A stretch of 64,000 bases of DNA. It comes from a bacterium (lineage in GTDB: Bacteria; Electryoneota; Electryoneia; Electryoneales; Electryoneaceae). The stretch spans positions 2,944,001 through 3,008,000 of the forward strand of contig OY769902.1 of assembly GCA_963669175.1 (NCBI GenBank), given 5' to 3'. Of this stretch, positions 30,328 to 40,128 are shown piece after piece. The notes beneath the pieces are model-generated. The model did not search any database, was not told where the DNA came from, and saw only the letters and a program-made list of their open reading frames with translations. Made by a program: the position numbers and the translations under genes. How positions within the stretch are numbered: the stretch's first letter is position 1; the number at the start of each line of letters is the position of its first letter.

Positions 30328-30714
30328 ATGAAGATCTTATACATCGATGATGACCAGACGATGCGAAAAATCGTCAAACACATTGTAGATGTTATTGGTG
30401 CAGAGCTTCTTGAGGCGGAAGATGGGAGGGGCGGTCTGCGTTTGCTTGAAGATATCGATGGCAAAGTGGACTTGATTCTTCTGGATTGGATAATGCCTGA
30501 AATGAATGGCATGGAGTTCTTGCAGGCTGCAAAAGCAGATGGCAGGTTTAAGGAAATTCCTGTTATCATGCTGACAGGTGTGACGCAGAAAGAAAAGATG
30601 ATAGACGCAATTCGTGCAGGAGCCAAACAGTATATTACCAAACCGTTCACCAGCGAAGAATTATTGACAAAACTGGTGCAGGCACTTGGACTGGATAGCC
30701 TGGAGATGTTGTGA
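30328..30714 (+). CDS. CheY-like single-domain response regulator
   Basis: IDDD, LLDWIMPEMNG, MLTG and YITKPF motifs. Confidence 0.93.
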   Translation: MKILYIDDDQTMRKIVKHIVDVIGAELLEAEDGRGGLRLLEDIDGKVDLILLDWIMPEMNGMEFLQAAKADGRFKEIPVIMLTGVTQKEKMIDAIRAGAKQYITKPFTSEELLTKLVQALGLDSLEML

Positions 30715-31571
30715 GAGATCAGATTATTCATGAGCTGTCTTTGAAGGCAGATTTACCGCCTCTTCCTGATATTCTTATACGACTGGACCAACTGATAAAC
30801 GATCCCAATGTGTCCATCAATGCTATTGCGGATCTGTTATCCACAGAACCGGCGCTCTCGGGCAAAGTGATCCAACTGGCCAATAGTGCATATTATGGTG
30901 GCGGGAGAATAGATGTTGAAAACCTGCGGGGCGCTGTGCTTCGTCTGGGGTTGGCTGAAATCCGTAAAATGGTATATGCGATCAAACTCGGTTCCATGTT
31001 CTGGGATCAAGGTATTGTTGATCAGCGGAAATTCTGGCGGCATAATCTTGGTGTTGCCCTGTTGACGCAGAAGCTTGCCGCACGTGGGAACGCGCAGATT
31101 GCTGACCGGGAAGCGGCCTATGTTGCCGGGTTGATGCATGATGTTGGCATTATGGTGTTTGGGTATATTATTCCTGAAGTTTACAGCGCTTTTCTTGCCA
31201 AAGCTGCCGAAATTGATAAGCCGTTGCATGTGCAGGAAAAGGAGACTTTTGGTATTGATCATTCCGAACTCGGTGCATTATATATACAAAGATGGTGGAA
31301 GATTGAACAAGCTGTTGAATTGGCAGTAGCGCAACACCATTTCCCAATCCACCGGGATGATGAATTCCGTTTGATCGGGCAACTTGTGAATGTGGCCAAT
31401 GCCATTTGCAATAATCAGGGATATGAGAACGGAATCCAGGTGTTTCCGCAGATGTTCAGTGATACGGCCTGGGAGCAGATAGGCCTGAATATTTCAGAAG
31501 CAAAAGCAATTTTCCAGGATGTAAAAGATGCAATTGCGCAATCCGAAGAGTTACTGGCGCCAATGGCATAG
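30711..31571 (+). CDS. HDOD domain protein
   Basis: LPPLP, EPALS..VI.LANS, AV.RLG, FWRH, AGLMHDVG and DHSELG motifs; overlaps the CheY-like stop codon by 4 bp. Confidence 0.92.
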   Translation: MRDQIIHELSLKADLPPLPDILIRLDQLINDPNVSINAIADLLSTEPALSGKVIQLANSAYYGGGRIDVENLRGAVLRLGLAEIRKMVYAIKLGSMFWDQGIVDQRKFWRHNLGVALLTQKLAARGNAQIADREAAYVAGLMHDVGIMVFGYIIPEVYSAFLAKAAEIDKPLHVQEKETFGIDHSELGALYIQRWWKIEQAVELAVAQHHFPIHRDDEFRLIGQLVNVANAICNNQGYENGIQVFPQMFSDTAWEQIGLNISEAKAIFQDVKDAIAQSEELLAPMA

Positions 31572-31651
31572 TTGAATAATCACTGTTGCTTAAAATCTTA
31601 TTATTGAACCATATACGTGTTTCCATGTGCATAATCTTCACAAAGCTTCAC

Positions 31652-31680
31652 TTGACTTTTCCCACTTTCCGCAGTACACT
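31652..31680 (+). promoter_or_regulatory. Sigma70-like promoter of the Rrf2 gene
   Basis: TTGACT, 17-bp spacer, TACACT. Confidence 0.55.
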
Positions 31681-31719
31681 CTACTTTGAGGACAAAGTGA
31701 CCATCAGGAGGATAATACG

Positions 31720-32145
31720 ATGTTGACGACGACTTCCGAGTATGCCATTCGAGCCTTGGGATATCTGGCAACCAAGGATCGTGATACTCGGGTTGGCTCT
31801 GATGAGATTTCTGAAGCAACGAGAGTACCGAAAAGATTCTTGCTCAAGATTCTGAATACGTTGAAAAACCAGGGGATTTTGAAAACCAGCCGAGGAATAG
31901 GCGGCGGTTTCTCGCTGGCGATGGAGCCAGGCGAGATCAAACTGATCGACATTGTTTCGATTTTTGAAGATCTGAACAGGCATAAGCATTGTCTTTCCGG
32001 TCATGACGATTGCGGCCCTTCCAATCCTTGTCCGCTGTACGAGGAATGGCATATAATCCTCAAGAAGTTGGAGGATTTCTTGAATGAGACGACTCTTCAG
32101 CATTTTAAAGAGTTCGAAGAACAGCGTGGAAAGAGCCTGATCTAG
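31720..32145 (+). CDS. Rrf2-family transcriptional regulator (three Cys, probably Fe-S binding)
   Basis: SEYAIRAL, FLLKIL..L...G, SRGIGGGF.L and C-x6-C-x5-C motifs. Confidence 0.93.
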   Translation: MLTTTSEYAIRALGYLATKDRDTRVGSDEISEATRVPKRFLLKILNTLKNQGILKTSRGIGGGFSLAMEPGEIKLIDIVSIFEDLNRHKHCLSGHDDCGPSNPCPLYEEWHIILKKLEDFLNETTLQHFKEFEEQRGKSLI

Positions 32146-32443
32146 CATCGCCGGTTTGACCTTATTGAGTTTATTTCAGCTACCGTCCTGGTAGCTTTTT
32201 TTTTACAGCCAAGTATGGCGTGTCTACCTGTATGATAGCCCCATTTTTGTCAATGGAGACAGGGGAGATTGGGATAAACTTTTTTTCGAAAATTTTTAAA
32301 TTCGCTTCCACTATTGAAATGAATCTTACTAGTTTAATAGACTTCCTCGACTTTGGGCGCAATTCTGTGTCAAGGTTACGAGATCGGTGTTCATCGTGAC
32401 AAAGCCCGTATGATTTTGCTACGGTTCACTAGACGGAGGTTCG

Positions 32444-35400
32444 ATGATGAGAAGGTGTATTTCTGCGTTTGTGCTTGCCTTTTTACTTTCCTGCTATCTT
32501 CATGCTGCGCCAGCGCCTGTTGACCAGCTTTCAGCACAGCAGGCATTACCCATGCAAGTAGAGCAGCATGTTCTTGCAGAAGATCATGTGCAGCTTGGAT
32601 TGCGACTGGTCAATGATGGCTGGTATTCAGCAGGTAGTCTGGGTGAAGAAGTAGAAATGATAGCGTTTCCATTGGCTGGCGCTACCTCGGAAATTGGTAA
32701 ACCAGCGGTGCCGGTTATGGGGCGTATGTTTCGTGTTCCCCCCAGAGCCGGGATTGTGATGGAAGTGCTTAGTGCCGAATACGAAACATATACCGATGTC
32801 GAATACGCAACCTTCATGGGGTATGAACTGGATGAGCCCTTTGCGCCCTGTGATAATCCGGTTGACGAGTGGTATCCCGGCACGATCGCCCAGGTTGGTG
32901 ATCCTGCCGTATTCCATGATTTCCGCGTATCAAACCTGGTGACCTACCCCGTACAGGTAAACACTGCACGTCGGGAAGTACGAGTTTATTCCAATATTGA
33001 AGTGGATATCCGTTATGAAGGTGTTGATGATAGAAACACAATCCCTAATTGGCCTACAGAGATCAGTGAAGCTTTCCTGCCTGCCTATCGTTTGTTGATG
33101 GACTGGGATGATGACGAATTGGATGAATATATCCTGTATCGTGGTCATGTGCAGGTGGTTATGCGTGATGACGATGTGTTGTGGGCTGCCCTAGGGGATT
33201 GGCTTGAGTGGAAACGTCAGCGAGGATGGGTGCTGGATTTCCTCACCGATGAAGATGTCCCTTCCTGGACCTCATACAATATCGACAATGAGCTGGAAGA
33301 CCGTTACGAGACTGCCAGTCCGAAGTTTGACTATGTTGCCATTATCGGTGACGAGTCCGGCTCCTTTTCGGTTCCCCCCGGTGTGGGAGGATATGGTGGA
33401 GGTGACCAGATCTATTCCGAGCTTGCAGGTGATGATATACTGGCAGATGTCGGCGTCGGACGAATCTCGGTAGAAAATGTACAGCAGTTAAACAACTATG
33501 TTGCCAAGATTTTTAACTATGAGCGCACACCTTACATGGAAGATACCGCCTGGTATCTGCGTGGAATGGTAAATCGTTCAGATGGTTGTTCCGGTGTAAG
33601 TAAGATCATGTCGCTCCGGTATTACCGTCATGCCTTGTTTGATTTGGGATACACGCAAGTTGATACATCTTTTGGCATTGGGAACTCAATTGCTATAACT
33701 CGTATCAATAATGGTGTCAGTTTCTATGGTGCGCGAGGGGTTCAGGGCACCGGCCTTCAGATCGGAAACATCAATAGCCTCAGTAATGACTACATGACCC
33801 CAGTTGTGATCGATGTGACCTGTGGAACCGGTAACTGGTGCAACGAAACCAGCATCAGTGAGGCCTATATGCGGGCAGGGACTGCGGCAGTGCCGACCGG
33901 TGGTATTTGCGGGATGTCTATGGCGACTTCTGCAACGCAACCGGATTTCAACAACTGCCTGACGGGTGGTTCCGGTTGGGCGATGCTGCAGCTTGGCATG
34001 CCTGCACTTGGTGACATGATTCTAATGGGCAAGGTCAACGGCTTTAACAACTACTACGGCAATAATACGTCTCAGCTTGAAGACTTCATGCAATGGTATA
34101 ACCTGATGGGAGATCCGACTGTGTATACCTGGGTCGGTATCCCGCAGGAATTGACGGTGGATGTGGTCGAAGAGCTTGAACTTGGCGAAAACCATATCAG
34201 CGTTGAGGTGGTCGATGAGTCTGGCCCGGTTGCTGATGCGCTGGTAACTTTCTACAAATACAGTAATGGCGAAGAGATTCAAGTTATCAATTTGACGGAT
34301 GAAGAAGGTTGTGTCACGCTTGATGCGCCCGTTCGTGAATCCGGTGAAGCGATGCTGACAGTCATCAAACGTCATTATGCCCCTGTTCAGGTTGAAATCG
34401 ACGTGAATGATCCGACCGCGCGAGTTGGGTGGGTTGAGGTCAGTTACGTTGATAATGGAGTCGGTGGCACGGATGGCGATGGTGACGGTGTTCCTGAAGC
34501 AGGGGAAACTGTCGGCCTGGAGATGACACTGAAAAACTATGGGACGAGCGCTGCTGCAAGTATTGAAGTCACGGCTGAGGAATCCGAAGAATGGATTACG
34601 GATTTGTCCGGAAGTATTGTTCTGGGCAGTCTCAATCCTGATGCCCAGTCGCAAGGTAATGGTATGATTATTGTCGAAATAGACCCGGAAGCTCAACAGG
34701 ATTTTATCCTTCACCTGGATCTTACGGTTTCGACATCCCAGGGGGATTATACGGACGGTTATTCTATCGTTGTGCAAGCGCCTTCGTATGCGTTTGTGAA
34801 CATGGATATGACCGGTGCATTCAATCCTGGAAATACACGTGAAGTTGAGATTGAAATCCGAAACATAGGTGGAGGTGATGCTGCAGCGTCGGAAGCCTGG
34901 TTGTTCAGCAACGATCCCTTTGTCAGAATAGAGCAAGGTGGTGATGATCTGGCAGCTATGGGAGTTGATCAGACAGCAACAGGAACATTTTCCATTCGGG
35001 CGCATGAGGATGCTATTCCGGGATATGTCGGCTGGTTCTACATGCAAGTCACAACCAGTGAAGGACAGGTTGACACGGTAGGAATTCCGGTTCAGATCGG
35101 AACAAAAAGCTCTACTGATCCCAATGGGCCTGATAACTATGGTTACTTCGCGTTTGATAATACAGACACGGGGTATCAGAATTTTGTGCCGTCCTATAAT
35201 TGGATTGAGATCAATCCTGAAGCCCAGAATACGGACTACCAGGGGGAATCGCTTGATCTTACCGATACCGCCGAAAACTATGATGTAGGTGTCACCATTG
35301 ACCTGCCTTTCGATGTGCAGTATTACGGTGAGGTTTTTGAAGAGATATCTGTATCTACCAATGGGTACGCTTCTTTCGGACGTAATGCAGATGTCTCGCT

Positions 35401-37492
35401 TGCACGAAACTGGACAATTCCCAGCCCGCTTGGACCGAACGATATGCTGGCCGTCTATTGGGACGAGTTGAGAACCGCTGCAGGAAGTGATATCCTCTAT
35501 TATTACGACGAGGATAATGGTCGCTTCATCATTGAATGGTACGATATGCGGCATCATTATTCGCAGTACAGTTGTACCTTTGAAGTGATTATCTACGATC
35601 AGGATGTCGTGCCAACGTGGTCTGGTGACAACGATATCCTGTTCCAGTATCATGATGTCCAGCATTCAACCGGTGGTATGCAGTACGATGTTCCCTTCTG
35701 GACAACAGGCATTGAAAACCACACCCAGGATGATGGAATCCTGATCTCCTACTGGAATCAGTATACAGCAGGATCAGCGACGATCGAGGATGAACGTGCG
35801 ATTCTGTTTACCACGAATATCCCCCTCATTGTAGGCTACATTGAAGGGACTATTACGGCGGCCGATCTGGAAACACCGATTGAGAATGCATGGATCGGTA
35901 CACCAAACCATCTTTTCGAAACCGTGACAGACGCCGATGGCCATTTCTTCATTGACAATGTCATGACCGGACCAGTCTCCTTCGATATTGAAGCAGATTG
36001 CTTTAACAGTCGGTACAACCTGGTGCTTACCGTTACAGAGAACGAAACCCTGCATGTCGATTTCCAGTTGAACCACCCGGAATTTATGGTGACACCACTC
36101 GCCGTTGGGGATACGCTGGAAGAGAATCAGGAATCGACACACTCTGTATGGGTACACAATCCCGGTAATGGTGTCATGAACTGGGAAGCGCATTTTGACT
36201 TCGAACCCGATGCTGAAGTAGCAGGTAATCCTGGCAAGGGAGCTGGTCAGGAGAAGTCAGCGCTGGATGAACTTGATGAACCATGGGACCAGGTTTACCA
36301 CTTTGATCTGGATGACAGTGAGGCCCTCTACCGGGGGATTGAGTTTGACGGAGTATTTTTCTGGTTGACCGGGTCGAACAACTATGATGTGACCGGTCCC
36401 AACCTGTTGTATAAATACACACGGGATGGTGATTACGTTGCCACCTATGATCAACCTGTTCCTGCGGCTGATCGTTCTTCCCAGGGTATGTTCGGGTTGG
36501 AATGGGATGGAGAATATATGTATGGTGCAGATAACGGTATCCTGTACCAGATGCAGTTTAATACGCAAGCGAATGAGTGGGAGGTTGTAAGTTCCTTTGA
36601 AATTCCGGCGAACCCTTCACGCTACATTGTGAAGAATCCTGAGACTGGTGAGTTCTTTATTGGTGACTACGGTATCGAGATCAGGGTTGTGCATCCTGAC
36701 AGTACCGGGACACTTCGCCAGATCGGGCAGGACTATGCACCACGTGGCGCTGCATGGTACCCGGAAGATCCGGACGGCTATAACCTGTATTTCATCGCTA
36801 TGAACAATGGTGATGATTACGGTCATATCATCAAAATGCATCCGCAAACGGGTGACACCATGAATGTCGCGCAGTTTGAGTACGATGGCGGCATTCCCAG
36901 TGGGGCGTGCATGAGTTATCTGTGGAATCCGCAGATCTGGATGTTTGCCAGTATGATGGACGCCGGTCAACAAGATTATGTACAGTTGTGGGAAGTGGAT
37001 CAATTCGACGCGTGGATTCACATTATGACCACAGAAGGGACGCTTGCGCCAGGTGATTCCCAGGAAGTCGAACTGCAACTGACACCGCAAAGCCTTCCGC
37101 CTGATGTCTATGATATTTACATACGTTTCGACCACGATGCCTGTATCGCTGAAGATAACTTTGTGCATGTGGTTCTTGAGGTGCTTGGAGGAGATGTTAA
37201 AGAAGATCCCGCAAGTGAAGCGCAACCGGTTGAGTGGGTGTTTGAGGGAGCCTATCCCAATCCGTTCAATCCTTCTACTACAGTCAGCTATTCACTGAAA
37301 CGGGCAACAGATGTACGGTTGAGCGTGTACAACCTGCTTGGTCAGGAAGTGGCGCGACTGGTGGATCAACCCATGCAGGCGGGCCAACACCGGTTGATTT
37401 TTGACGGGTCCAACCTGGCCAGCGGTATCTACTTCCTGCATCTGAACGCGGGACCGTTACAGGAGACACGCAAGATCATTCTGATGAAGTAA
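32444..37492 (+). CDS. Gingipain-like peptidase C25 multidomain protein with T9SS-type C-terminal domain
   Basis: Signal peptide; C25 propeptide (GKPAVP, FHDFRV..L..YPVQ); catalytic-domain hallmarks WK...G, IIGD, VGRIS, KI.NYE, DVTC460G and NLMGDP; Ig-like and carboxypeptidase-regulatory-like segments; YPNPFNP C-terminal domain. Confidence 0.88.
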   Translation: MMRRCISAFVLAFLLSCYLHAAPAPVDQLSAQQALPMQVEQHVLAEDHVQLGLRLVNDGWYSAGSLGEEVEMIAFPLAGATSEIGKPAVPVMGRMFRVPPRAGIVMEVLSAEYETYTDVEYATFMGYELDEPFAPCDNPVDEWYPGTIAQVGDPAVFHDFRVSNLVTYPVQVNTARREVRVYSNIEVDIRYEGVDDRNTIPNWPTEISEAFLPAYRLLMDWDDDELDEYILYRGHVQVVMRDDDVLWAALGDWLEWKRQRGWVLDFLTDEDVPSWTSYNIDNELEDRYETASPKFDYVAIIGDESGSFSVPPGVGGYGGGDQIYSELAGDDILADVGVGRISVENVQQLNNYVAKIFNYERTPYMEDTAWYLRGMVNRSDGCSGVSKIMSLRYYRHALFDLGYTQVDTSFGIGNSIAITRINNGVSFYGARGVQGTGLQIGNINSLSNDYMTPVVIDVTCGTGNWCNETSISEAYMRAGTAAVPTGGICGMSMATSATQPDFNNCLTGGSGWAMLQLGMPALGDMILMGKVNGFNNYYGNNTSQLEDFMQWYNLMGDPTVYTWVGIPQELTVDVVEELELGENHISVEVVDESGPVADALVTFYKYSNGEEIQVINLTDEEGCVTLDAPVRESGEAMLTVIKRHYAPVQVEIDVNDPTARVGWVEVSYVDNGVGGTDGDGDGVPEAGETVGLEMTLKNYGTSAAASIEVTAEESEEWITDLSGSIVLGSLNPDAQSQGNGMIIVEIDPEAQQDFILHLDLTVSTSQGDYTDGYSIVVQAPSYAFVNMDMTGAFNPGNTREVEIEIRNIGGGDAAASEAWLFSNDPFVRIEQGGDDLAAMGVDQTATGTFSIRAHEDAIPGYVGWFYMQVTTSEGQVDTVGIPVQIGTKSSTDPNGPDNYGYFAFDNTDTGYQNFVPSYNWIEINPEAQNTDYQGESLDLTDTAENYDVGVTIDLPFDVQYYGEVFEEISVSTNGYASFGRNADVSLARNWTIPSPLGPNDMLAVYWDELRTAAGSDILYYYDEDNGRFIIEWYDMRHHYSQYSCTFEVIIYDQDVVPTWSGDNDILFQYHDVQHSTGGMQYDVPFWTTGIENHTQDDGILISYWNQYTAGSATIEDERAILFTTNIPLIVGYIEGTITAADLETPIENAWIGTPNHLFETVTDADGHFFIDNVMTGPVSFDIEADCFNSRYNLVLTVTENETLHVDFQLNHPEFMVTPLAVGDTLEENQESTHSVWVHNPGNGVMNWEAHFDFEPDAEVAGNPGKGAGQEKSALDELDEPWDQVYHFDLDDSEALYRGIEFDGVFFWLTGSNNYDVTGPNLLYKYTRDGDYVATYDQPVPAADRSSQGMFGLEWDGEYMYGADNGILYQMQFNTQANEWEVVSSFEIPANPSRYIVKNPETGEFFIGDYGIEIRVVHPDSTGTLRQIGQDYAPRGAAWYPEDPDGYNLYFIAMNNGDDYGHIIKMHPQTGDTMNVAQFEYDGGIPSGACMSYLWNPQIWMFASMMDAGQQDYVQLWEVDQFDAWIHIMTTEGTLAPGDSQEVELQLTPQSLPPDVYDIYIRFDHDACIAEDNFVHVVLEVLGGDVKEDPASEAQPVEWVFEGAYPNPFNPSTTVSYSLKRATDVRLSVYNLLGQEVARLVDQPMQAGQHRLIFDGSNLASGIYFLHLNAGPLQETRKIILMK

Positions 37493-37531
37493 AGATAGCT
37501 TCAGGAGATATCCTGTATAAGATATAAACGT

Positions 37532-37566
37532 AACCGGGGACACACCACCAGGGTGTGTCCCCGGTT
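37532..37566. terminator. Strong hairpin between convergent genes
   Basis: 15-bp perfect stem AACCGGGGACACACC / GGTGTGTCCCCGGTT. Confidence 0.85.
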
Positions 37567-37570
37567 TCGT

Positions 37571-38194
37571 TCATGAAAGTTCCTCGGAAAGAGAAGAGTG
37601 TAAAACAATCGCAAGATCATGCGCAGATGAGAAGCTGGATACTTCTTCGAGCCCAATCAGAAAATCACGATGCGAACGTCCCTGCCGGTATTCGGGCTCG
37701 CGGGGCGGGTGCTGAAGGTAACGGTCGATCTTACTGAAATCCGGGGATACCAGGATGGAAGCCGTGAAGAAAACCCAATTCTTGGGACGGTACAAACTGG
37801 TGCCTGAGAACTTTCTATTTCCAACCACGAGATCACTGATGCCGTTCTGACTGACATTCTCGATTCCCGTTTTTGTCAAACCAGCCTGCAACCAGTCCAG
37901 CATATGGTTGAAATGCAGCTTGATATCACCGACACCTTCTGCCTTCGCGACTGCCGACACAACAATATTTCCTGGATCCAAAACAACAGTGCCGCCTCCG
38001 CCACGACGTCGCAATACAGGAATACCGTCCGCCTCACAGGTGTCAAGATTCAGTTCACGTTCTATTTTGCCACCACGCCCCAGCACGATTGCGGTAGTGG
38101 GGAAAGGATAGACCTTGAATTGGAAAGAGACACCTTGAGCTCCCGCTTCAAGGAGATCATCATCGTAGGAGTATTCAGCTACGTCTATCGGCAT
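37571..38194 (-). CDS. Lipoate-protein ligase family protein (catalytic domain only)
   Basis: VLRRRGGGGTV.LD.G and SDLVVGNRKFSG motifs; lies downstream of the pdh operon. Confidence 0.85.
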   Translation of the reverse strand: MPIDVAEYSYDDDLLEAGAQGVSFQFKVYPFPTTAIVLGRGGKIERELNLDTCEADGIPVLRRRGGGGTVVLDPGNIVVSAVAKAEGVGDIKLHFNHMLDWLQAGLTKTGIENVSQNGISDLVVGNRKFSGTSLYRPKNWVFFTASILVSPDFSKIDRYLQHPPREPEYRQGRSHRDFLIGLEEVSSFSSAHDLAIVLHSSLSEELS

Positions 38195-38283
38195 GGTTCA
38201 CTTGTCCGGTTGTTGGTTGTTGGGACAGGCTCTTCGTGGGAATGAATACCACGTACTCATGAAATATCCGGGCTCAATCCGCA

Positions 38284-38530
38284 GGAAAATCGGGACTGCT
38301 ACATTTTTCTGCCAGAGACATTTTCTGAACATAAGGGTAATGACGGGTGAACAGATGAATACTGGCCTTAAAGTGCAAATAATAGCAGAAAAGGTAGCTG
38401 TCCCAGGATTTTCGACTGATCTCCAAACAACATACTGGCGAAAAATCTGGTACAGCTACCTTTTCCGAAAATCTTGCTTTAAAGTCCTGATTTAACAAAG
38501 ATGAAAAGGTAGCAGTCCCATTTTTCGCCG
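38284..38530 (-). repeat. Inverted copy of the family A four-motif skeleton with unrelated spacers
   Basis: The four motifs are reverse complements of the A1 motifs in reverse order, e.g. GGCGAAAAATCTGGTACAGCTACCTTTTCC and GAAAAGGTAGCAGTCCCATTTTTCGCC. Confidence 0.8.
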
Positions 38531-38579
38531 CCACTTTATCATCACGGAAACGCAAGGAGTATCGAAAAAACTATTATCC

Positions 38580-38624
38580 TGTCATCCCGAAAAGCTGTTG
38601 TTTAGGTTGCCCGGGATCTACTCC
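38580..38624. repeat. Family C palindromic element GTCATCCCG...CGGGATCTACTCC
   Basis: Near-identical copy at 45173..45219 and an expanded copy at 50842..50942. Confidence 0.8.
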
Positions 38625-38637
38625 TCTGTGTTCCTTG

Positions 38638-40053
38638 CTACTTCTTCTTCCTGGGAAGAATATGTACCGGTTCACCTGCCGCCACTTCCGCCGCTTCCAT
38701 GATCGATTCCGACATGGTGGGGTGGGGATGGATGCTGACGATTAAATCTTCCAGAGTCGCGCCCATTTCGATAGCTACGGTGCCCTCGGCAATCAGTTCA
38801 GAAGCATGAGGACCAACGATCCCGACACCCAGAACCAGGTTCGTTTCCGGATCGGCCAGTATCTTTACAAATCCTTCCGTTCGTCCGATTGTTCGGGCAC
38901 GGCCAAGGGCTGTCAACGGGAAGCGTCCGATGTTGACCTTAATATCTTTTTCTTCCGCTTCACGTTCGGTAAGGCCCACCCAGGCAATTTCCGGATCAGT
39001 AAAGATCACTGCGGGAACCGCACGGTTGTCGAACGCTGATGGATGGTCCGCGATGACTTCTGCCGCAACCTTACCCTCACGACTGGCCTTGTGTGCCAGT
39101 GCAGGACCATAGGTGATATCACCGATTGCGAAAATATGCGGCACATTGGTACGGCACTGTTCATCGGTTGGGATGAAGCCGCGTTCGTCGAGATTGACGC
39201 CCGCTTTGTCAATCCAGAGCTTGTCCGTGTTGGGACGACGTCCCACAGCGACGAATACCTGGTTGACTTCACGGGTCAATACTTCATCACCATGTTCGAT
39301 ATCCACCTGGTAGCCGTTGTCGGATTTGCGTACATCGACCACCTTGGACTCGACCAGCACCTCTTCGAATTTCTCTTCGCAGTGCTTCACTACCACGTTG
39401 ACCAGGTCGTGATCCGCGCCCAGCAGCAGACGTGGGGCGAATTCGACCATATGAACCTTGGAACCCAGCCCGGCATACACCAAGCCCAATTCCATGCCTA
39501 TGTATCCACCACCCACTACCAGCAGGCTTTCCGGAATCTCCGGGATGTTTACGGCTGTTTCACTGTCCCACAAGGGAAGGTCATAGTCGCCGGGCAACTC
39601 GTTAATCCGCGAGCCGGTTGCGATGATGCAGTGCTTGAACTCGACATGAGTATTCGCGCCTTCCACATTCACCAGATTCGGGCTCTCGAAATGAGCGTGG
39701 CCAGTGATAATGTCCACACCGCGCTTGGTCAACAGTGTATCAATACCACCTGTAAGTGAGGTGACGACATTTCCGGTATACTCACGCAACTTGTCCAGGT
39801 CGATTTCCGGTTTCTGGAAAGTCAGACCCATTTTATGACCATGAGAAGCTTCTTCAATCACTTCTACCGCATGGATCAGGGTTTTCGATGGGATACAGCC
39901 TTCAATCAGGCAGACACCACCAAGTTTGTCTCGTTCTTCAATCAGGGTAACATTCAGCCCCAGGTCCGCTGCACGTATGGCAGCCACATAGCCCCCCGGG
40001 CCTCCGCCTATGACCAGTACATCGGTCTCCAGCGTCATTTCGCCCACTACCAT
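38638..40053 (-). CDS. lpdA: Dihydrolipoamide dehydrogenase (E3)
   Basis: GGGPGG, GGVCLIEGCIPSK redox disulfide, GGGYIG.E and HPHPT motifs. Confidence 0.97.
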   Translation of the reverse strand: MVVGEMTLETDVLVIGGGPGGYVAAIRAADLGLNVTLIEERDKLGGVCLIEGCIPSKTLIHAVEVIEEASHGHKMGLTFQKPEIDLDKLREYTGNVVTSLTGGIDTLLTKRGVDIITGHAHFESPNLVNVEGANTHVEFKHCIIATGSRINELPGDYDLPLWDSETAVNIPEIPESLLVVGGGYIGMELGLVYAGLGSKVHMVEFAPRLLLGADHDLVNVVVKHCEEKFEEVLVESKVVDVRKSDNGYQVDIEHGDEVLTREVNQVFVAVGRRPNTDKLWIDKAGVNLDERGFIPTDEQCRTNVPHIFAIGDITYGPALAHKASREGKVAAEVIADHPSAFDNRAVPAVIFTDPEIAWVGLTEREAEEKDIKVNIGRFPLTALGRARTIGRTEGFVKILADPETNLVLGVGIVGPHASELIAEGTVAIEMGATLEDLIVSIHPHPTMSESIMEAAEVAAGEPVHILPRKKK

Positions 40054-40128
40054 GGTTTTATCTCCTCATCAAGTAAGCTCGTATCTGAAGCGCGCAATGT
40101 AGCGTCGCTATAATATTCTTTCGCTATG

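Noticed and set aside
34022-35665. 547-aa antisense ORF (likewise 40126..41497, 47267..48229, 51661..52392, 53895..54776)
   Set aside because: Shadow frames opposite well-supported genes, with no recognisable motifs.
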